Source of the DNA: Microthyrium microscopicum
Taxonomy: Eukaryota
Assembly: GCA_010405405.1 (NCBI GenBank)
Contig: MU004234.1
Location: forward strand, 1,019,275-1,083,274
Length of the DNA: 64,000 bases
Direction of reading: 5' to 3'
Position numbers and translations under genes: made by a program. Shown here in pieces: positions 1 to 12,800 of the stretch (positions within the stretch are counted from its first letter, which is position 1; each line of letters opens with the position of its first letter). The notes under the pieces are model-generated. The model was not told the origin of the DNA. It ran no database searches and was given only the letters and a program-made list of their open reading frames with translations.

Positions 1-482
1 CGAAGCCAGCGTCTAAAAAAGGCAGAAGCGAGATTATCTCCCAACTTGACAAGCTCGCCATCGTGTATAAGTCGCAATGGCTTGTGAGACAAAACGTAGC
101 CTGATATGACAAAGAAGACTGCCACAGCAAAGTGACCGCCAGAGAAAAAGGTTCTGATTCCAGGGAGAGTTGCGAAGTAAAATTGACGGTCATATCCAAA
201 GCCGTTTTCGAAAATTTTATCCGATTTCAGAGAGTCGTGAGCCCATACCTGGTTATGTAGTATATACACTAGTAAGGCTGCAAATCCTCTCAAGCCGTCG
301 AGATATGCTGTTGGTCGAAGGGTGCCACTTCGTCTCCATGACTTTGTTGAGAGTAATGACCGAAAGTGTCGAACTGGATTGTAAGCCCATTGCGCTGCCC
401 GACCGTATATCGTAGATTTCCAGTTTGGACCCAGTTCGAACCAGGAAACCTTCTCAAGTAAAGCTTCTTGATCAAAGGTCAT
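1..482 (-). CDS. Acyltransferase-3 (OafA-like O-acyltransferase) membrane protein, 5' part; runs off the window
   Basis: Not in the ORF track because there is no stop in the window. Manual translation from the ATG at 482: MTFDQEALLEK...LRPTAYLDGLRGFAALLVYILH...FFSGGHFAVAVFFVISGYVLS...FFRRWLR. This carries the hallmark AT3 motifs DGLRG, VxxFFVISG and RRxxR. Confidence 0.9.
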   Translation of the reverse strand, partial: MTFDQEALLEKVSWFELGPNWKSTIYGRAAQWAYNPVRHFRSLLSTKSWRRSGTLRPTAYLDGLRGFAALLVYILHNQVWAHDSLKSDKIFENGFGYDRQFYFATLPGIRTFFSGGHFAVAVFFVISGYVLSHKPLRLIHDGELVKLGDNLASAFFRRWL

Positions 483-1915
483 TTTGAAAACGAGAGGCCT
501 TTTGATCATGCCAACACAAGACCGTCAAAACAGAACCGGGAGAGGCGAACTTGTAGTTAAGATTCGATATCTTCGGTTGAAAAGAACCGCTGGAGAAATT
601 ACCGACGCACATGTTAACCAGGTGGCGATGACGGCTGAGGAACAATCGCTGGAATGGTAAAGATATGAGAGTATTGTGAAAAGGGATAGACAGCATGGTA
701 ACCAAACAGGCAGGACAGGCTACCTTGAATCGTGTACACCGCGAAATGATGCCCGCAGCTACGATAGCAGCACGTGTATCGTACCAGTGGATTGCCACAA
801 CTATACAAGGTTTAACTGAGCTGAGCAAGGCTGAGATAGCAAATGAAGTGCTTGAAGAGCCGCAAAGTCTAACAGGTCCACATCATCACTCGTCCCCACA
901 AAGTTTATCAGCAATTGAATTCTGATAGCCTCTGACAGGCAAGTGAAAAGAGGGGTTCATTACGGGGGAGCTACATGCATTAGGTTTGAATATGCATGGT
1001 GATTGCCAGGTAGAAACATGGCAATGAGATATCCAGTATTCAGGGGTAAGCGCTGGATCTACATTTAGTATGCCAACATTAGAAGCACGCGGCTGCCAGA
1101 AGTCTCAAATCGGATACATTCATGGGTCATAATGGTACTTTTGAGTACCCTTGGTGAGGTTAAGTTGAACAAGGGAGGTACTTGAACTTCAGTACAAACA
1201 GGGTAGATGATAAAGATAGTACCCGCCTTCTATTAGTATAACTTGACTACATGTCATCATAAATCGTCCACGTTTCTCCTTACCCTCCTTATACCCTTGA
1301 TCCATGGTTGGGAAGGCTGGGACCTGCAGGGCTACTTGTGGTGAGGTATAGGTACCTAGTTGGTAGGTACAACAAAGAAGGCTGCTGGAAAGACGCAAAT
1401 GCTCATTTACTTCTCAAACAAAACGATTCGCAATACGATATAGCTCAGGAGCAGTTTCAACCTGCAGAAGTACTTCATTCAAAGCCGTGAGCCCACATTG
1501 TTGTTCAGTGATCTCATTTGATGTTGGAAATTGGACACGATGTACCAGAGTCAACATCCCCGTCCTCGGATTCTAGCCCTGTCGTTATGATGTGAACTGA
1601 CTCTTTGATCCATACATTCATCCAGACAATCCGGGCATACCAGGCTCAGTTGAGAAATTCTAACTCTTCTGGGGAACTCATACCTGCCATTTCCTCCCCG
1701 ATAAACCGTTTCGCTTGTGATAACCTTTCAGAGATCTACCCCGAGCTATTCTCTTTCAACCTTCAGTATCTCTGCTATCTTCTAGTATCTAGCTTGCATG
1801 TGGTATTCTCGTCAAGCTTGAATATTCAACATCCCCACTGCATAACTGGTACTTTGAATATGCGCAGTCGTTTTCCTTTCATCAAAGTTCCTTCTTGAGC
1901 CTTCATTCTACGGTC

Positions 1916-3073
1916 ATGATTGATACCAAAGGGCTACCTGCCTCATCTCCCTTTGAGGGCCTCATGACCAAACAAATTAGAAGAATATTACCAACTTGTA
2001 TACTTTGCATCTTGCTCCTCATCTTTGCATCAACTACTTCTATCTCCGACACTTTCACCGATCCAGACCGCCGTACTGTATCGAAAGTCAATGAGGTACC
2101 CAACAAGATATGGCAAATGTGGAAAGTCGACGTTCTGAGCCTGGAAGAACGGGATCTCAACAGAGCAAGGACCTGGATAAACAAAAACCCAGAATACCGA
2201 TACGAAATGCTCACAGATGGCAACGACATGCAATATGTCGCAAAGCGCTACGGACCCGAAGAGCTGAACCGTCCTGATATCGTGTACATGTACCGGACGA
2301 TTGGCTCCAAAATCATCAAAGCCGACATTCTGCGTTACCTCATAATGTATGCGGAAGGTGGAGTCTACGCTGATATCGATGTTGAGGCTATCAGACCGGT
2401 GTCAAGATTCATACCTGATCATTATTCGGGACGAGACGTCGACATGGTGGTCGGCATTGAAATTGATCAGCCCGAGTACGGTGCCCATCCGGTGCTGGGC
2501 AGCAAGTGCAAGTCCTTCTGCCAATGGACCTTCATGTGTAAACCGGGTCTTCCAGTCATGTTAAAGCTAGTCGAAAACATCATGGCGTGGTTGACCGATC
2601 TTGCACAACGCCAAAATGTTCCCATTTCGGACATCAAGTTCAACTTCGACGACATCATTGCCGGAACTGGACCTTCAGCTTTCACGGAAGCGATACTGGA
2701 CGATATTTCTTCAAGAGTCGGACACAAAGTAACTTGGGACACGTTCCACAATCTCGGAGAATCAAAACTTCTCGCTGGTGTCTTGGTTCTTACAGTTGAG
2801 GCGTTTGCCGCTGGACAAGGCCATTCGGATTCCGGAAACCATGATGCTCGTACTGCTCTTGTCAAGCACCATTATCATGCTTCGGGCTGGCCAACAACGC
2901 ATCCACGGTTCAGTCATCCCATCTACGGCGAGGTAGAGAGATGTAACTGGGATGCCGAATGTGTCATGAAATGGGATGCGGAAACTGCTGCTTTTGACAA
3001 ACTCTCACCCGAAGAGCAGTCTGCGAAGATTGCAATAAAAAAGTCGGAAGAAGAAAAATCCAAACCGCAATGA
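1916..3073 (+). CDS. GT32 (OCH1-like) glycosyltransferase, type II membrane protein
   Basis: N-terminal hydrophobic anchor (ILPTCILCILLLIF), then VPNKIWQMW, KADILRYL, EGGVYADID (DxD motif), FCQWTF and GTGPSAFT. First in-frame ATG is at 1916 (alternative 1964); the track start is a TTG. Confidence 0.9.
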   Translation: MIDTKGLPASSPFEGLMTKQIRRILPTCILCILLLIFASTTSISDTFTDPDRRTVSKVNEVPNKIWQMWKVDVLSLEERDLNRARTWINKNPEYRYEMLTDGNDMQYVAKRYGPEELNRPDIVYMYRTIGSKIIKADILRYLIMYAEGGVYADIDVEAIRPVSRFIPDHYSGRDVDMVVGIEIDQPEYGAHPVLGSKCKSFCQWTFMCKPGLPVMLKLVENIMAWLTDLAQRQNVPISDIKFNFDDIIAGTGPSAFTEAILDDISSRVGHKVTWDTFHNLGESKLLAGVLVLTVEAFAAGQGHSDSGNHDARTALVKHHYHASGWPTTHPRFSHPIYGEVERCNWDAECVMKWDAETAAFDKLSPEEQSAKIAIKKSEEEKSKPQ

Positions 3074-3989
3074 TGGAGAGGCTACCCGGCGTTGGTTCTT
3101 GTATCATAATGCTCTACGAATTCTGAAGACCAGATATACAAACGATGGCAGTACACCTTGATTAGGCGCTGGTTATAAGAGATGATTTATAGTAGACTAA
3201 TAACTAATTCCAACTACTAACAAATTTACTCCGCGGTCATGTTACTGACTTACTTGGTTCAATTGATTTGTGTGTGAGCTCGTCGAATTAGCGAAATCGT
3301 TTTGATATGACATCCTCTCTGAGTTCACATTATCAACCTTCAACAAACCTACCGGTATTCGCTGAAAAATGAAGCGTTCCAGAGTTTCAAAACTATACCT
3401 GAATTATCTACACCGCGCATCTCTGTTTGATTCTCCAATCTGACTTGGCAATCATAGTCCAGACCCAGCCACTGACGAGCGCACGTCGAGCACAAGGAAC
3501 CGAGGCTTCAATATTACTTGTTTGGTCATTGGAGTAGCAGGTCAGACCCGACTAGGAAGGAAACCACCTAAAGTGGATTACAGACGCAAGAAACCCATGG
3601 GTTTCAGCAGGCATACCCGGGTTTCTCCACAAGATCCTGGAGTTGATCGCTTTTATCCAGAGGCAAGATCATTGCTCTATTATGTAGACTAACCAAAAGA
3701 AGCTGCTTTTATAGATTGTGAAGGGGAAAGCTCTGAAAGATGTCAATCTTGATCAGGAGGTCACCGAGTAATAGAGAATAAAAGGCTGATGGAGAGATAC
3801 AGTGGTAGAGGATCCTCGTGCTCGAAAACTGCTACAATGACTACCTCGTACAAACTATACGCATCAATTTTTTCTCGAGTACCATGATTCAAATGCAACA
3901 GGTGGTATTAAGCGCTAACGGACTAATGTGCTAGATATCAAAGACGGCTCTGAAATAATACTCTGAATCATTCATTTCCGAACCGATCC

Positions 3990-5129
3990 TCAACCATCGA
4001 TCCGATAAACAAGCTTCTCAGCACTAACGGGCTTCATCCACTCCTCCGTCCTACTCTGGTCTCTCAAGCTCATCGAGCCAGGACCCAAAAGCACATATCC
4101 ATCCTCAACAATCCTCTCCAGCCCACCAGGCATAAGTCTCACCGGATTAGCCTTCAACTTTCCCTCCTCAAGCCACCTATAAAACGCCACTGCGAATTCT
4201 CTCGCCTTTGGAGACTCTGGGATGCTAAAGGCAAAGTACTCAACTTCAACACCAAGACCTTCCCACACAGCACCATAAATCGGCTCCGGGCTGAGGTCAC
4301 CAGCCGTCCAGGCTTTAGCCGCGCGGGAGCGCACGATAGCCATTTTGCCTACTTTGCTGTTGAGTGTACTGTGGATATTTGATACCGAGTTGCCTTCAGA
4401 GATACAGTCATACGCGTAATGGATGCCCTCATCGCCGGTAAGTTTCTTGATCTCTGCTGGCCACGAAACATCTCTGTAGTCGACTAAGTGATCGTAGCTG
4501 TATGGTGCGGCCTGAAGAAGAGGGAAGCGTGCTTTACTTGCCGTTCCAAATAGTCGGATCTTCTTGCCGGCACCTAGATTGACGTGATTGACAAGCTGGG
4601 CAGCCCAGAGACCAACAGATGAAGAAGCGCCATAGATGAGTACATTGATCGTCTCAGTCTCAGGAACCGACTGCTCGACCGGCGAATCAAATGGCGTTGG
4701 GAGACCGAGGCGGTAGTATATCGCTTGTGCGGCAGTGAGACCAGCAAGATTGAAACTAGCCGCTTCTTCGAGACTAATGTTATCGGGTATCCGCCAGACT
4801 AGATCATATGGGATGATGAGATACTCTGCAAAGGCGCCAGGGCGATCATTTACAGAGCAAGCACCTTGGAGGAAGCCAGCGACTTTATCGCCAAGTTTGA
4901 GTTGGCTCATGGATGAAACGTCATCACCGAAAGCCTCGACGGTTCCAGAGAAGTCGCTGCCGACCGTTCGGCCAGTTTTGCCGAGTGGGTTTTGGGAGTA
5001 GATGGGGTCGATTGGATTTAAAGCTATGGCGGAAACTTTGACTAGTATTTCGCCCTTCGCTGGTTTTGGTTGAGGAATGTCTTGAATTCGCGCTGTCTTC
5101 TCCTCTGCGTTTAGAATAAGGCCTTTCAT
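3990..5129 (-). CDS. Medium-chain dehydrogenase/reductase, ToxD/enoyl-reductase-like
   Basis: ILVKVSAIALNPID, GSDFSGTV, GAFAEY and the Rossmann-like VLIYGASSSVG. The likely start is MKGLIL at 5129; the upstream 70 codons of the track ORF look non-coding. Confidence 0.9.
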   Translation of the reverse strand: MKGLILNAEEKTARIQDIPQPKPAKGEILVKVSAIALNPIDPIYSQNPLGKTGRTVGSDFSGTVEAFGDDVSSMSQLKLGDKVAGFLQGACSVNDRPGAFAEYLIIPYDLVWRIPDNISLEEAASFNLAGLTAAQAIYYRLGLPTPFDSPVEQSVPETETINVLIYGASSSVGLWAAQLVNHVNLGAGKKIRLFGTASKARFPLLQAAPYSYDHLVDYRDVSWPAEIKKLTGDEGIHYAYDCISEGNSVSNIHSTLNSKVGKMAIVRSRAAKAWTAGDLSPEPIYGAVWEGLGVEVEYFAFSIPESPKAREFAVAFYRWLEEGKLKANPVRLMPGGLERIVEDGYVLLGPGSMSLRDQSRTEEWMKPVSAEKLVYRIDG

Positions 5130-5795
5130 GTTTGACTTTTGCAGGATCTGATATATGGTGGTTCGTGATACTTGAAAGTACAGAGAACTTGATTCAATGG
5201 TGTTTTTGTCGTTCGAGGATGAAAGTAAGTTGATTTCTGAATATATGTATGGATCGAAGGTGATGAGAAGTTTGAGTCTTGACGTCGGATTTTTTCGTAA
5301 TATCTGAAAGGACAATAAATCTGAATTGTTGTTGTTCATGATATATTCGAGTCGTTCATCGCGGTATTTAAGGCTGAACTTGATGCTAAAAACGGCGTTT
5401 GAACTCGCATAGAACTCGGGCTTTGAAGCGATGCATACATGTACTACGCCATAATTTAGAAATTATGATTGGGGCAGCGCAACTCAATGGGCTTGCTTCT
5501 GGAGGCTGCATGCTGCTTTGTCATGCTTTGAAGTTGCAAGTTACCTTCAACTTAGCTTGCGAGCTTTTGCGCTCACCGGCTTCTCTAACCACCATCGCCT
5601 GTTCGGAAGATAAAAGAACAACTTCTTTGGCTTCATTTCAGTTGTTCAAAACAGAAAGTGTTTGAGACATACTAGAGCTGAAAATAGTGAGAATAAAACA
5701 TGTCGATTGAAACGCTATTCGATCTCCAAGGAAATAAAATGGCTGCGTTGCTATTAATACATTGGGGGGCGCAGCATGATGAAATACCAGAAAGG

Positions 5796-6905
5796 TCACC
5801 AACTTGTCCTTCGCCTGGAAGTAACACTTTTGCCTGGTCTCCGATCGCGTCCTCTAGCTATTTTCCGTGACGGTGAAGACTGGAAGTCAGTGGGAGAAGT
5901 ATATCCATCGTCATCATAAGCCTCATCAATAAAGATGAACCGTCGTTTCCGCGAGCATGATGAGCCAGACGTACTGGAAGTAGATGTCGTGGAAGGTGTG
6001 GACAACGAGGATAGTCGAAGTTCTAAAGCTGAAAGTCGTTGATGAATGAGTCGCTTGCCTCTCGTTATTGTATGTTCAATGGTATTGCGAACGTCGCGCA
6101 CAATGCTGCCAAGATGCATTGATTCGTTTAAGCTGAGTGACCATGACTTGTAGAGTCGGCCGCGAACTGAAATGTTGCCGTCTTCTCTTTCCATCCAGTA
6201 GTGACATATGGCGCATGTTTGGGTGGTGATAGATATTGTACAAACCATAGCCTGGCCAAAGAATTCGTCTTCTGCATCTGTATCCTGCCAGAGGCGAAGA
6301 AGTTGATGTAGCATAACCGCAGCATTGTGAAGATTTTGTAGCCGACATACGTTGTGTCCCGTGTCTCCTTTGGCTTCAACCGTCAGAAGTGGGAAAGTGA
6401 GGTTGGAAAGTGATCGCGCAGGTCTCGCTGAATGTGAAAGATGAGCCAGTGCGTTCTCGTATGCATGAAAATTTGATGCTGCCAGTCCGATAGTCTGATC
6501 TGGCTTTGGCAGTGGTATTCGATATTGCGCAGACGCTGGACGAGGCAATGCGCATTCTTTATCCCATTGTTGGTTTGGAACGGTGATGACATCTTCGCGA
6601 TCCAAGAGCTGGTCAATGGGCACCAATTTTGGCATGACAGCCTGGACTACAGCCGCTTCATTGCAACTGTTGCGCAATCTCCGCTGAAAAGAGACAAGAT
6701 AATGCTCATCAGGTTCCGGACTTGATCGCGACGCGTTTAAAGCAGCTTCCAAGTCATCGAGGTCATTTGGAGCTTTACTACCAGTGATTTTGGGGTCATG
6801 CACCAGGAAAGCGCGGCGACGATGAAGTTCGAGCTCAAAAGATGGATCAGCGCTATTAATCAAGGGGAGAGTAGTGAGCTGTAAGCTACGAGATCTTGAG
6901 AGCAT
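5796..6905 (-). CDS. Fungal PD-(D/E)XK nuclease-like protein (DUF7924-like)
   Basis: Intact 369-aa ORF with PKPDQTIG ... FPLLTVEAKG ... RLQNLHNAA. This matches the PD...ExK...Q pattern of fungal restriction-endonuclease-fold proteins. Ser-rich/basic tail (RKRR). Family assigned from motif recall only. Confidence 0.6.
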   Translation of the reverse strand: MLSRSRSLQLTTLPLINSADPSFELELHRRRAFLVHDPKITGSKAPNDLDDLEAALNASRSSPEPDEHYLVSFQRRLRNSCNEAAVVQAVMPKLVPIDQLLDREDVITVPNQQWDKECALPRPASAQYRIPLPKPDQTIGLAASNFHAYENALAHLSHSARPARSLSNLTFPLLTVEAKGDTGHNVCRLQNLHNAAVMLHQLLRLWQDTDAEDEFFGQAMVCTISITTQTCAICHYWMEREDGNISVRGRLYKSWSLSLNESMHLGSIVRDVRNTIEHTITRGKRLIHQRLSALELRLSSLSTPSTTSTSSTSGSSCSRKRRFIFIDEAYDDDGYTSPTDFQSSPSRKIARGRDRRPGKSVTSRRRTSW

Positions 6906-7223
6906 TTTGGAGGATTAATTGAGTTGAAGAAAACGCGAGAAATGAGAAGAGCACGAAGAGGGGGAGTCAGGGACGGCATGGCTGCGACGCGTGAAGGCTG
7001 GGAATTAGAGAGATCTGTTTTAGGAATTTGATGCCTGAGCAGAAATAGATGGGAGAGACTTTTGTGGTGTTGAGAAAATGGGATGGATACAATGACTACA
7101 ACTGCAAGACAGAGAACATAGGGGCAGCGCAATTCCAAGGGGCAGGAATACAATTGCCAAGACAGGTTGTGCAGGGTCACTCGGAGATAAGTCTGACGGG
7201 ACCATGTTAAAATGCACGTAATA

Positions 7224-7311
7224 TTAGCCGCTGGCAGTACAGCCGCCGGTGCGAGCTTTCGGCTCCGAGCGTCCGGAGAGAAGCGCGCGGAATTGACTCC
7301 GATTTGGCTAA
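7224..7311. promoter_or_regulatory. Possible XlnR-type GGCTAA sites upstream of the xylanase
   Basis: TTAGCC at 7224-7229 (GGCTAA on -) and GGCTAA at 7306-7311, ~800-880 bp upstream of the GH10 ATG. These are hexamers and can occur by chance. Confidence 0.2.
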
Positions 7312-8105
7312 GCGCTGTATGAACGCCCCCAGGGGCTACGCTGTACTTATCTCGCGATGATTTCAGAGGGGAGTGACAACCACTTCAGTCAACAAAACAG
7401 AAGGCGCGCTCCAGGACCGAGTCATTCCTATTGCCTTCAGTGCTTATAACTGTCGTTTTTTCATTCTTGTAGCAAAATCAGATTAAGGAGACATAGCCGC
7501 CGTCAATTGTGATGGTAGCGCACCACTAATTGTTTTCTTTGTCCACTGACCTTTCTCGAGATGCGATTAATACTACGCCAAATCATAGTGGCGAACGCAA
7601 CACCGGAAATTTGCAGTCTACTCTATCTTACTCGTAGTTAGACCACACATTACTCTACAGCAATGCACTTCACAGATCTTGATGAATGTAAGAATTTGCT
7701 TATAGTCCTCAGCCAGTCGTTGGAAATACTATTTTCCATCTAGAATGGTCAGATCCATTTTCAAGCTAATGATCAGACCGAGTTCAAGACCTTAGAGACC
7801 GACTTCACGACCTAAGAGTAGAATCTTAAACAGATTGGTCAACTTGACTCAAACCTGATTGATGCGTACAGGGCTTTTAAATTATGAACTGTTGCCCAAA
7901 TATAGCAGTACCAAGACATATCATTACACATATATTAACTTCCAAATTTGGTTCCTATAATTTTCTCATAATTTACCGTGGCGTTTACACAGGCATATAC
8001 GCTCTATAGTCCAGTTCACGACGCTTGAATCTTATTTTCGAGCAGAAAAGTCGAGCGTTTGATTTCGTGTTCTAGACTGGTATCAATGTGCTGGTTTCCA
8101 TGATC

Positions 8106-9409
8106 ATGAAATTTCTGATTACAGCTTTCGCCATCTATGGCTCATCACAGGCCGCTGTCCTGTAAGTTAGGTTTTTGAGTCTCAAATTGGCCTGTACTAA
8201 AGCTATTGATAGACAAAACATCGACGATGGAAAGGTAGGACTTAATACAGCAGCTAAAGCTGCCGGAAAGCTCTACTTTGGAACTGCCGTCGACAACAGA
8301 TATCTAAACACTGGAAACTATACAGCTATCAACAGCAACACTGCGGATTTTGGCCAGATAACTCCAGCCAATTCGATGAAGGTAATGCCACAATCAGATC
8401 ATAACTGTTTTACTTACTGAAACATGGTCCGCAGTGGGAGTCGACAGAACCGCAGCAAAACAAATTCACATATACCGGAGGAGATATCATCGCAGACATG
8501 GCAAAGAAGAACGGCCAACTACTTCGATGCCATACCTTAGTCTGGCACTCACAGCTCCCAAACTGGGTCAAGACAGGATCTCACAACAATGCAACGTTGA
8601 TTGCCATCATGAAGAACCACATCACCAATGTAATGAAACACTACAAAGGCAAATGTTACGCATGGGATGTAGTCAACGAGGCTTTTGATGATAAGCCTGG
8701 CAACAATTACAGAAGCGAAAGCATTTTCTACAAGACCATTGGAGAGGCATATATACCAATAGCATTCGCGGCTGCCGCGGCCGCAGATCCAGATGTCAAG
8801 CTATATTACAACGACTATAATATCGAAGACATGAACAAGAAATTCGAGCGTACCAAGACCGTCGTCGAACAAATAAAGGTAAGCCATCCATCAACCCCTG
8901 ATTCGGCAGATTCCAGCTTTTTCGCTATTGCAACCACACAAGCAGATCTAATGATAAATCTAGGCTTATCCCGGCGCAAGAATCGATGGCGTCGGAATGC
9001 AGACCCATCTCCAAGAATCGAAACCACTCTCAGAAGCTGCCATCACGGCCGTAATGAACAAATTCGCCTCAATGGATCTGGACGTTGCTATCACAGAGCT
9101 GGATGTCAGATTACAAACCAAGGGCGCAAATGCCCAAGCACGACAACAGCGGAATTCTATATATGGTAATGTGGTGCGAGCGTGCAAAAATGTCAAGCGC
9201 TGTGTTGGTATTACGATCTGGGATTTCACGGACAAGTATTCATGGGGTATGCTACCACTGCGGGTTAAGAAGGGACATCGGGCTAATGATGTGTAGTACC
9301 AGAGACGTTCAAAGGTGAAGGTGAGGCGTTGCCGTGGGATGCGAATCTAAAGAAGAAGGATGATTTATATGATGCCATTTTGAAAGCTTGGGGACCGGCT
9401 TCTAGCTGA
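8106..9409 (+). CDS. Secreted GH10 endo-1,4-beta-xylanase, 5 exons
   Basis: Exons 8106-8161, 8213-8381, 8435-8878, 8964-9246 and 9297-9409 are joined by GT..AG introns, keeping one frame. Signal peptide [16 protein letters not shown]. Motifs [27 protein letters not shown] (acid/base), YNDYN, GMQTH, ITELD (nucleophile) and GITIWDFTD. Confidence 0.96.
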
Positions 9410-9839
9410 GATGACATGTTGACTTGGCGGAGGATGAGGGTGCTTCTAATGAAGTGTCATGGTATGCGATGTGTGAAGTAAGGCTGTAGATTTGAACATT
9501 TTGTTTTCTATCCCAGACGGGAGGCATTCTCCCAGCTTGAGACCTATAATCACCCTGTAAGGCAAAACGCCCATGTCTGAGGCGCTTATGAAGAATCTAT
9601 CACAACATGCTTATCTAAATCGACGGAGCAACTCTGAGCAGGCCTACCTCATCAAGCAGTGTACTGACAGGTCAATACATTGATTGCCTTGGTGTAGACA
9701 ACACAATACTACTGTTAAGCGCAGCAACAATCCCAAAGGACCAATCCGAATTCCAGTCCACTAGTGACACAACACCAACTGGCGACAAGAGCTATTCGTG
9801 GACAACGCCCACCGCCGTAGGCATATAGCATGTAACGCT

Positions 9840-12800
9840 TCAAGAATCGTCCCCTTCAGAAAGCCGAGACAGATTATCAATCGGATCGGATGTTTTGTTA
9901 GCCGGATGCAAACGTCGCGCGCGGCGAGTCTTGGCCCTCTCTGATCTATAACGCTCAGCAAGAGCAAGGACGTTCGCTGGGGCCCAGTCTTTTTTCAATG
10001 ATAGCAGCAAAAGATCCAGTTTTGCATGCTTTGCGTCGATGGCAGACTGCCGCTGTGCGGGTTCTGAACCGTGTAGCTGATTGTAAATTGAGGAAACCAC
10101 CCAGGGGTGGTTGCGAATATCTGTTCGAAATGCTTTCGGATCAGTTCTACTACGGGATATAAGTTGGATTGCCATAGCTCTAAGCTTAATGCGGGGGTTG
10201 CGGATTCTCCCGCTTGTGGTGCCAATTGGGACCGGCGTTGTGGATTTTCTCCGTCGGACCTTGGCTGGTTGAGTAAATCTTATGGCGAGTTTCCTCGCGT
10301 CCACATAGGATTGTCGTCGGACAATGCCTTCAAGACCCTTATTTAAGAATGATTCGCTGAGGCTAAAGTTATGTCTCTTGATGCGCATCAGATGGCGGTC
10401 GGGGATCCTCTCCCACCTAATCATCAATTTGTCCGCACCCACAGGGACCGGATCGATCATGCCTGAGTGATCCTTCGATGAGATCGACATGTCGGATCTA
10501 GAGCTAGGTCTCGAGGCACGAGAGCCGATCCTCTTCCTTGTACTTAGTTTCGCCGCGTCCACGAGGGCCGTTCGGTCATGTCTGCGAGAGCGGATCCGCG
10601 AAACTAATTTTTCCGCGTTCACGGCATGGCTGTCGACAGCTGGGGAATGAACGGTCCTAAGATCTTTTGGTTCCATGGTATGGTCGGCGAACTTTGGGCG
10701 TAAATGCAATTCGTACGCGACACCTGACCGGCTGAGCCTTTGTCTCTTCCTACTATGTGTTTGGGGATCTCGTGGGACCACAGTGGCTGATCTAGACAAA
10801 TCTTTTTGGATGAGATCAAGCGGGGTTACATAGTGTGAATCCACGAGTTGCTTGCGAATTTCTTTAGAACTTTGGCGCATTTGAAGATCTTGTGGGACTG
10901 CCAGTGCCGGCCCAGGTTGAGACTGCTCAAGGATAAGTTGCTCCTCCCAAGGCTGTGAATCAGTTGTGAGCTCAGGTGAGACCACCAAGGCTGAGCTGAA
11001 ATCTTTCGATCGGAGCGGAATGCGCTCCCTTCCACGACCTTCAAGAGCTCTGGGCTCTTTTGGGACCACTGGGACCGCTTCCACGAGGTCGAAAGGCTGC
11101 GCCCCTATAAGCTGGCGATCTTCCGGATTTAGCAGCACCGGGCTCAAAACCTGCGACTGAGTATCAAAATGATGTTCACTTCGCGTCGCTGGATGAGATT
11201 TGTAATTTAGGGGATCCCCTACGATCGATGGCCCTGATATGAAATGGGAAGATGTAGGATCCGAAGACACGGTGCTAGCCTGTATAATTTTTTTTAATTG
11301 AGTTCCCTCGTCAATGCTACGAAGTTGCTGTTCTGAAGGATCAATTTCCTCCCCCAAGACCACCTTGCTAACGCCAATGGGATTTAGAGTCGTTTCCGAC
11401 ACTTGTCCAAGACCAGGACTTTCGGGCCTTTCTGGACGACGGACCCGACGGATAAGACGGAAAGGCGGCGGAGCGTTGCTTTCGGTAGCAAGGCTGTCAG
11501 TGACTGTAGGGCGAGCATGAATAGAGCGAGGATCAAATAAGTGAGAATGTGATAAGTCAGAACGAGTTTTGGAATCTCGTATATGGTTGTCTTCCAGGGG
11601 TTGATTTTTATGCTGGAGGGTGGGAGGTCTATTGGATCCAACTCCAGGACTAGATTCTGCCCTAGTAAAGCGCGGCAGGTCTAAATATTTATTGTGATTG
11701 AACTTTAGTGGTGACATCGATGAATCCAAGGGTTTCGCCTGGTTGGTATGAAGCATTCTACGCTGGGTTTGATGCGTGGATCTACCACCCATTGACCTCC
11801 GAGAAAAGTTTGAGCCAAGCGTTGCTTGAAATCTAGAGCCTGGACTGTCGACATAAGTTAAGAATGAAGCTTGTGGTACCTCCATCCCATGATTTTCAAG
11901 AGTTGAGCGGGCTTCCAAAGCAAAACCTGCGGTGGAAAGACCCCCGAAAATATTCGGATAAATGGTTTTGCTGGATTGACCGGATGCGGGAATCGATGCT
12001 TCTGTCTGCTGGCCAAAGCAGATCGAACAATCATCAGTAGACAATGTAGTAGTGCAGACAGAGGTGTCCACGATGCTAGGTTGAGAAACGTAGAATTGGA
12101 TGTAGTGTCCTATGGGTGCAATCGACTTTTCCTGTAAACTAGCAATGAGATCTTCCACATTATCGAGACTAGGCTTCGTTTGAAATGGATCCGATGGGTC
12201 TAGAGTCAAGAGAGATGCGCGATGGCCCCATTCGCCGCCTCCGCCGACAACACGATGAATGGTCATACCGTTCTGTAGATATGGTGCTAAATCCACATCG
12301 GCGGCTAGAGCATAATCGTGGAGATCTAAGCTGTCCGAAGAGCCCTTTTTTGGGCTGTTATCATGCAGAGATATGATAGACTCGTATAATTCTGGTGGTA
12401 TCACCATGGCATAAATGTGAGATCCAGATCCTAGGCGATTAGAAGACTCGGATATCATTTGAGTGATCTCAAGAGACGCAGGAATAGTGGTATTTCCTCC
12501 TGGAACCGAAAGCGTACGGATGACATTTCCAAGACTTTCCTCTATGCGACGAAGACTCGACAAATTTGACCTGGGTATTCTGATTGAAGGCCGGACTGTA
12601 GATGCTCCAGGTAGAACGCTCAAATCAAGGGACAAATTATCCACATGCCGATTTGAGACACACCGGGATCCATCAGGTCCGATGGTCCAGTCGGAAACAA
12701 TCTGAGTTGAAATATGCCCATTTTCAAATAAGGTATTTGTTACAGGTAGCTTGATGCTAGAAAGTAAAGAGTCAGACCGAAGTCTCACGGAAACATGTGA

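Noticed and set aside
5800..5811. CAACTTGTCCTT identical to the left junction 15840-15851
   Set aside because: It lies at the 3' end of an intact gene with no TIR or compositional boundary, so it is treated as chance.
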